Positions 59,302 through 64,000 of a DNA stretch of 64,000 nucleotides are shown here, one piece after another. The first letter of the stretch is position 1. Each line of letters opens with the position of its first letter. The stretch is taken from the NCBI GenBank assembly GCA_044229845.1, contig JBGASG010000004.1, positions 1 through 64,000 of the forward strand, read 5' to 3'. The translations under genes and the position numbers were made by a program. The notes beneath the pieces were generated by a model that did no database searches, was not told where the DNA came from, and saw nothing but the letters and a program-made list of their open reading frames with translations. The DNA is from Candidatus Obscuribacteraceae bacterium. Its GTDB lineage: Bacteria; Cyanobacteriota; Vampirovibrionia; Obscuribacterales; Obscuribacteraceae.

Positions 59302-59970
59302 GTGGGAAATCAGCAAGACCTGCTGCTGATGTCAATGTTCGTCCTGGGGCTGCGCCATGGTTTCGATTGGGACCATCTGGCGGCGCTGGCTGATATCTCC
59401 AGCGTTTCCTCCACACGCGGATTCTGGCTCTGCTTTTTGTATGCCGCCGGCCACGCGGCAGTTGTGCTGGCACTGGGAATAGTGGCGGTGCAGATCGGCA
59501 ACCGCTTGCCGCCCGGGCTGGACACAGTGATGGAGCCGCTGGTCGGCGTCACCCTGGTGGCACTGGGATTCTGGCTGATTTTCACCCTCTGGCGCAAGAA
59601 TCGCTCACAAGCAGCGGAAACGCCGCCCACTAGCGGATTTCAACGGAGCATTTCGGTGAGCGCCGCCCTCACCACCGGCATCGTACACGGCATAGGAGCT
59701 GAGACTCCCACCCAGATACTGGCGCTGCTCGCTGCTGCATCGGCAGCGCATGGGGCGCGATCGCTGGCACTGGTTTGCATCTTCGTTGCCGGCATCTTCA
59801 TCTCGAATATGATCCTGGCGGCATTGTTCGTTAAAGGCTTCGCCTTGACGCAGCGCCGGCTCTGGCTCAGTCGCGGACTGGGTATCTTGACGGCGGTGTT
59901 CAGTCTGGCGATCGGCGTAGCATTTTTGACCCGTTCCGCCGCCAGTTTGCCACCACTGTCCGGCGCCTGA
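59302..59970 (+). CDS. NiCoT/HoxN-like nickel/cobalt transporter family membrane protein
   Basis: LGLRHGFDWDH, GH, GIVHG motifs; multiple TMs. Confidence 0.8.
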   Translation: MGNQQDLLLMSMFVLGLRHGFDWDHLAALADISSVSSTRGFWLCFLYAAGHAAVVLALGIVAVQIGNRLPPGLDTVMEPLVGVTLVALGFWLIFTLWRKNRSQAAETPPTSGFQRSISVSAALTTGIVHGIGAETPTQILALLAAASAAHGARSLALVCIFVAGIFISNMILAALFVKGFALTQRRLWLSRGLGILTAVFSLAIGVAFLTRSAASLPPLSGA

Positions 59971-60003
59971 GGCACCACTAGCGGTGCAGAGGAGAAATTT
60001 TAA

Positions 60004-60766
60004 ATGCCCGAGCTTCCTGAAGTCGAAACCGTTCGTCGCGGACTGCAGAAGCAGTTGCCCGGGCGCACGGTACTTTCCGCCCAGGTGCTGCGCCCGGACT
60101 CGGTGGGGCATCCGTCACCGGCCGCCTTCAGCAAGCAAGTAGTCGGACACCGGATCATCTCCGTCGAACGGCGCGGCAAGTATTTGCTCATTCATCTCGA
60201 TCGCGGCGCATGTGCGCATCATTCTCACCATGGATGGTGGCACTCAATTATGGTTCGAAGACATGCGGGTATTCGGCCGCATGTGGTACGTGCCGCCCGG
60301 CAAGGCGTTCGAAGACGTTGTCGGAGGTCTTGCCGATCTGGGCATTGAGCCGCTCAACGGCGAACTGGACGGCAAGTTTCTCAAAGCCGCGTTTGCCAAC
60401 CGCAAGCAACCAATCAAATCGGCGTTATTAGATCAGACGGTGATTGCCGGCATCGGCAACATCTATGCCGATGAATCGCTGCATCTCAGCCTGATCAAAC
60501 CCAACAAGCCGGCCCGCTCGTTGACCGCGAAACAGTACGAAACGCTGGCCGCCAATATTCGCCAGGTGCTGTCCCAGGCCATCAAATTGGGAGGATCGAG
60601 CGTGCGCAATTACGTAGACGCCGACGGCGTCAACGGCAACTATCAGCGCACGGCTTATGTTTACGGTCGCGAGGGCGAGCCCTGCCTGACCTGCAAGAAA
60701 ACAGCCATAACGCGCATCAAATTAGCCGGGCGTTCGTCGCACTTCTGCCCGCACTGCCAGCGCTAG
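60004..60766 (+). pseudogene. mutM: Formamidopyrimidine-DNA glycosylase with internal deletion and frameshift
   Basis: MPELPEVE, RRGKYL in frame 1; at ~60209 continues in another frame HVRIIL...DMRVFG, GIGNIYADE, zinc finger; HLRM(S/T)G segment absent. Confidence 0.88.
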
Positions 60767-61434
60767 GCGTCCAGCTTATAGCCGACACCGTGGACGGTGC
60801 CGATGATGGAAGGCTGTCCGGTGGTGTCGATTTTCTGACGTAAACGTTTGACGTAAGTTCTGATCGTCTCGGGCGAGGCATCGGAGTCGGAGGCCCAGAC
60901 CCGGTCGAGCAGCGCCTCGGCGCTGAAAACCTGATTGGGGTGACGCATCAAAAACTCCAGCAGCGCAAACTCCTTCGGCAGAAGCTGAATGTCTTCATCC
61001 TCGCGGGTCACTTTGAAGGTGCTGGTCTCCAGGACCAGATTGCGCGCTTTCAGAACATTGCCGGACATAGCGGCCGGGCGCCGCAACAGGGCGCGTACGC
61101 GGGCGGAAACTTCCTGGACATCGAAGGGCTTGGTCAAATAATCATCAGCACCGGCATCAAGCGCGAAGATTTTCTCGGTGGTCTGCTTGCGAGCTGTGAG
61201 CATCAAAATCGGTGTAGTGCCGCCGCCTGCACGAAACTGTTTGCAAACTTCAACGCCTTGCAAGCCCGGCAGCATCCAGTCGAGGATGATCACGTCGTAT
61301 TTGTAGAAACGCAGTCGCTCCAGGGCCTCCAATCCGTTGTCCACCACTTCGACGATGTGGTGTTCGTGCATCAGAAACGCCCGAATCGGATCGGAAAGGT
61401 CAGGCTCGTCCTCGACTATCAGTATTTTTGCCAT
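60763..61434 (-). CDS. OmpR-family response regulator
   Basis: [24 protein letters not shown], winged-helix C-terminus GVGYK. Confidence 0.93.
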   Translation of the reverse strand: MAKILIVEDEPDLSDPIRAFLMHEHHIVEVVDNGLEALERLRFYKYDVIILDWMLPGLQGVEVCKQFRAGGGTTPILMLTARKQTTEKIFALDAGADDYLTKPFDVQEVSARVRALLRRPAAMSGNVLKARNLVLETSTFKVTREDEDIQLLPKEFALLEFLMRHPNQVFSAEALLDRVWASDSDASPETIRTYVKRLRQKIDTTGQPSIIGTVHGVGYKLDA

Positions 61435-61566
61435 CGGTGTTAGCTTACTATGACTATCGCTCTTTGAGTATTCCACTGAGAGACGACAGACTAAACAGGC
61501 TGATAAATTTTGACTTCCTTCGGTGAAGCAGCGCCGCCAGCCTGCAGCTTCTCACCGTATGTGGTG

Positions 61567-62619
61567 TCACACGTCCTGCTGACGGCGCCCACTCAGCAAC
61601 GATTGCCACAGGAAGCAGGCGCCCGCCACCACACAAATAACCAGCACGAAGCAAAACAGGTGCAGCGTGGTCGCCACTGCCAGAGCCAGGTCCGGATCGA
61701 CGTGCGCAACCATCACCAGGGCTTGTTTGACCAGCAGATGGAAAGTGCCGACCGACCCGGGGGTGGGCACCAGCACCCCAGCTGAGCCAATCGTGAAAAC
61801 CATCAGCGTATCGCCGAGTGACACTCGATTAAGCAGATCGAAGGCTCCGATAATCCAGTAAAAATTCAGCCAATAACAAAACCAAATGGCCAGGCTCAGT
61901 CCACCGATAGCCGGAAACGCAATCGGATTGGTAAGCGATTTGGTGCCGGCGTCGAACTGTGCGGACAGCTCGCCCAACTTACCGAAAACCTTGTCCGGCA
62001 CTTTGCTCTTTACGAGCGGCTGCTCCAGAATCATGCGCATGATGCGTCCGACAAACGGCAGCAGAACGAAGCCTACAAATGTTGCGGCACATAATCCGAT
62101 GCCGCCTGGCACCAGCCAGGGCATGGCGGTGCGCAGATCGGCAGGCAGAAAAATCAGCGTGATCCCGAGCAGCAACGCCAGCATTGCGATGTCGAGAATG
62201 CGATCGATGAACAAGGTCGGCAACACACCCGCCAGAGGCAGCTTTTCCGTGCGCGAGATGGTCACCAGCCTGACGATTTCACCGCCGCGCGGCAACGGAA
62301 TGTTGACCACATAGCCATACATGATGGCGCAAAAAGAATTCCAGAAAGAAATCTTGCGTCCGGCCACCGGCTCCAAAAGGATGATCCAGCGCACGGCCCG
62401 CAGCAAGTGACTGCACAGACAGCTGAGACAGACACCGGCGACGAAGAGCATATTGAGATGCTGCATGTGGCGCCAGAGCTCTTTCAAATTGGCGCTGCGA
62501 AATGCGAAGTACATGAAAATCGCAGCAAACAAAAGCCCCAGGAGTTGTTTGAGTATGGCCTTAGTTTTGCTCTGTGCTGCCGGCGGAGTTTCGGCATTGC
62601 TGTCCGAGGGAGATTCCAT
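61567..62619 (-). CDS. Lysylphosphatidylglycerol synthase TM / UPF0104 flippase-like protein
   Basis: LRAVRW, PRGGEIVR, IDRILD, PTPGSVGTF; multi-TM. Confidence 0.85.
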   Translation of the reverse strand: MESPSDSNAETPPAAQSKTKAILKQLLGLLFAAIFMYFAFRSANLKELWRHMQHLNMLFVAGVCLSCLCSHLLRAVRWIILLEPVAGRKISFWNSFCAIMYGYVVNIPLPRGGEIVRLVTISRTEKLPLAGVLPTLFIDRILDIAMLALLLGITLIFLPADLRTAMPWLVPGGIGLCAATFVGFVLLPFVGRIMRMILEQPLVKSKVPDKVFGKLGELSAQFDAGTKSLTNPIAFPAIGGLSLAIWFCYWLNFYWIIGAFDLLNRVSLGDTLMVFTIGSAGVLVPTPGSVGTFHLLVKQALVMVAHVDPDLALAVATTLHLFCFVLVICVVAGACFLWQSLLSGRRQQDV

Positions 62620-62628
62620 GTTGTTTCT

Positions 62629-63801
62629 TCAGTCCCCGGCCGTCTGCCCGTAAATCGAGAGCGGCACTTGAATCGGCTGGTCCAGATGAATGGTCATCGG
62701 CGTCCCGGCCGGCAACATAACGTCACGCCCGCGGCGCATCGTCAAGTCTTGCAGCGCACCGGTACCGGCGCCCAAGCCGGTGCCCATCAACATGCTGCTG
62801 GCATACGATCCATGCCCCATTACACCACCCAGGACACTGCCGATCGCCATGCCGCCACCGGCACCAATGGCGGTGCGGAGAGCGAACTGTCCGAGCTTGG
62901 TGCCCCAGCCTTCGCCGCGATATTCATCGCTGTCGCCGATCGCCTTGTTGGCGTACTTGCCGATATCGCCGACAGTATGCGCAGACATGCCAACCACCGC
63001 ACCATTGGGGAAGCGCATCTGGTTGAAAACCAGACTGAGACTGCCGGAACGGCTAAAGTATCGGCCGCCGGAAGCCTGCGAAACTTCGCCGTTGATCACT
63101 GTACCGGCCGGAATATAGGCACCGCCGCTGAGGGCAATGTTCTTTTGCAAGACCGCCTGTACATAGTCGCCGGCATGGGCAACGCTGGTGGCAATCGCCG
63201 TGTTCAATACGCAAGGAATGATGAATCCCTCCGGAGCGGTGGCAACCCGCGGTTTGCCCGGATACCAGGCCGGCTGCTCGGTGATTTGTGTCTGTCCGTA
63301 AACCGGCCCCGCCTCGCTCTGCCCGTATTGTCCTTGCCCGTAAGCAGGTTGCCCGTACTGTCCTTGCGGTGCCTGTCCGTACTGCCCCTGTCCATAACCG
63401 TTCTGTCCATAACCATCACCGTTCTGTCCACCGTCGCCGGCGGAGTTCGGGTAGCCGACCGGATTTTGATACGACGAGCTGGGATGAGGATAGGCGAATG
63501 GATTGGCGAAGCTGTGATGCGGGTAGGCGATCTGTCCTGTATAACGGCGCGTCACCGGCATCGGGTTTACGAAGGGCGGCGGCTCATATTGCGGCTGGGA
63601 ACTGTACTGGTACTGAGGCGACTGATTGTAACCAGGCGGCGTCTCCATCGGCATCTCACCGGCCGGCGGCTGCACGTCGTTTATCTGTTGAACCGGCGGC
63701 GCGTTGTTGACACCCGGCGCTGTCTCGTATTCCTGAGCATGCACAGCCTGCACCACCGACAGTGGCAGCAAAAGAGACGCACCAATGACAGCGGCTTTCA
63801 T
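62629..63801 (-). CDS. Secreted protein with Gly-Gln-Tyr repeats and TrbI/VirB10-like beta domain
   Basis: Signal ending VHA; YGQ repeats; IPAGTVINGEV, GSLSLVF, glycine-zipper, LPAGTPM. Confidence 0.7.
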   Translation of the reverse strand: MKAAVIGASLLLPLSVVQAVHAQEYETAPGVNNAPPVQQINDVQPPAGEMPMETPPGYNQSPQYQYSSQPQYEPPPFVNPMPVTRRYTGQIAYPHHSFANPFAYPHPSSSYQNPVGYPNSAGDGGQNGDGYGQNGYGQGQYGQAPQGQYGQPAYGQGQYGQSEAGPVYGQTQITEQPAWYPGKPRVATAPEGFIIPCVLNTAIATSVAHAGDYVQAVLQKNIALSGGAYIPAGTVINGEVSQASGGRYFSRSGSLSLVFNQMRFPNGAVVGMSAHTVGDIGKYANKAIGDSDEYRGEGWGTKLGQFALRTAIGAGGGMAIGSVLGGVMGHGSYASSMLMGTGLGAGTGALQDLTMRRGRDVMLPAGTPMTIHLDQPIQVPLSIYGQTAGD

Positions 63802-63813
63802 GCGTCCTCCAGA

Positions 63814-64000
63814 CTACAAATTGATGGTTCCCACATAGGCTTCGAATTCATTGAAAGCCCGTCTCAACTGGTTCTGTTTACCGGTGATGTTGTCCCAGTT
63901 TTCAGCATGTGCGTCGCCTTCGATCTGCATACTGATGTTGTGCAGATCATGGATTGTCATGGTGACCGCCAATCCCTTGAGTTGGTGCGCGGCAGCCGCC
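63814..64000 (-). CDS. C-terminal Hpt domain (partial, runs off window end)
   Basis: Not in ORF track. Manual translation AAAAHQLKGLAVTMTIHDLHNISMQIE...VGTINL*; HxLKG phosphotransfer motif. Confidence 0.75.
   Translation of the reverse strand, partial: AAAAHQLKGLAVTMTIHDLHNISMQIEGDAHAENWDNITGKQNQLRRAFNEFEAYVGTINL

Noticed and set aside
1..64000. HIP1 (GCGATCGC) enrichment, tRNA/rRNA genes, IS elements, prophage
   Set aside because: Only sporadic HIP1 sites noticed by eye (not counted); no RNA gene, transposase, integrase or phage gene recognised

Overview
Gene-dense bacterial chromosomal window with moderately high GC. Cyanobacteria-like housekeeping genes, many Hanks-type kinases and no photosynthesis genes suggest (inference only) a non-photosynthetic cyanobacterial relative (Vampirovibrionia/Melainabacteria, Obscuribacterales-like). 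It holds gyrA, lysS, transketolase, sua5-purE-purK, gdh, cax, mutM, a DUF433/DUF5615 toxin-antitoxin pair, an M1 aminopeptidase-tricorn-P450-TPR-kinase run, and a full trp operon with a WWW leader peptide and an in-frame TrpB-TrpA fusion. No rRNA, tRNA, CRISPR array or transposase was recognised. Most unusual signals: (1) an M28 peptidase gene with distinct codon usage inside a heavily base-paired RNA, with three mutually crossing helices in the 5' leader and 5'-3' flank complementarity; (2) a Ser/Thr kinase-TM-thioredoxin(CCVNC)-NHL receptor that mirrors SOQ1/NHLRC2; (3) three unrelated genes each missing an internal block with a frameshift; (4) a perfect spacer-less 36-bp palindrome.
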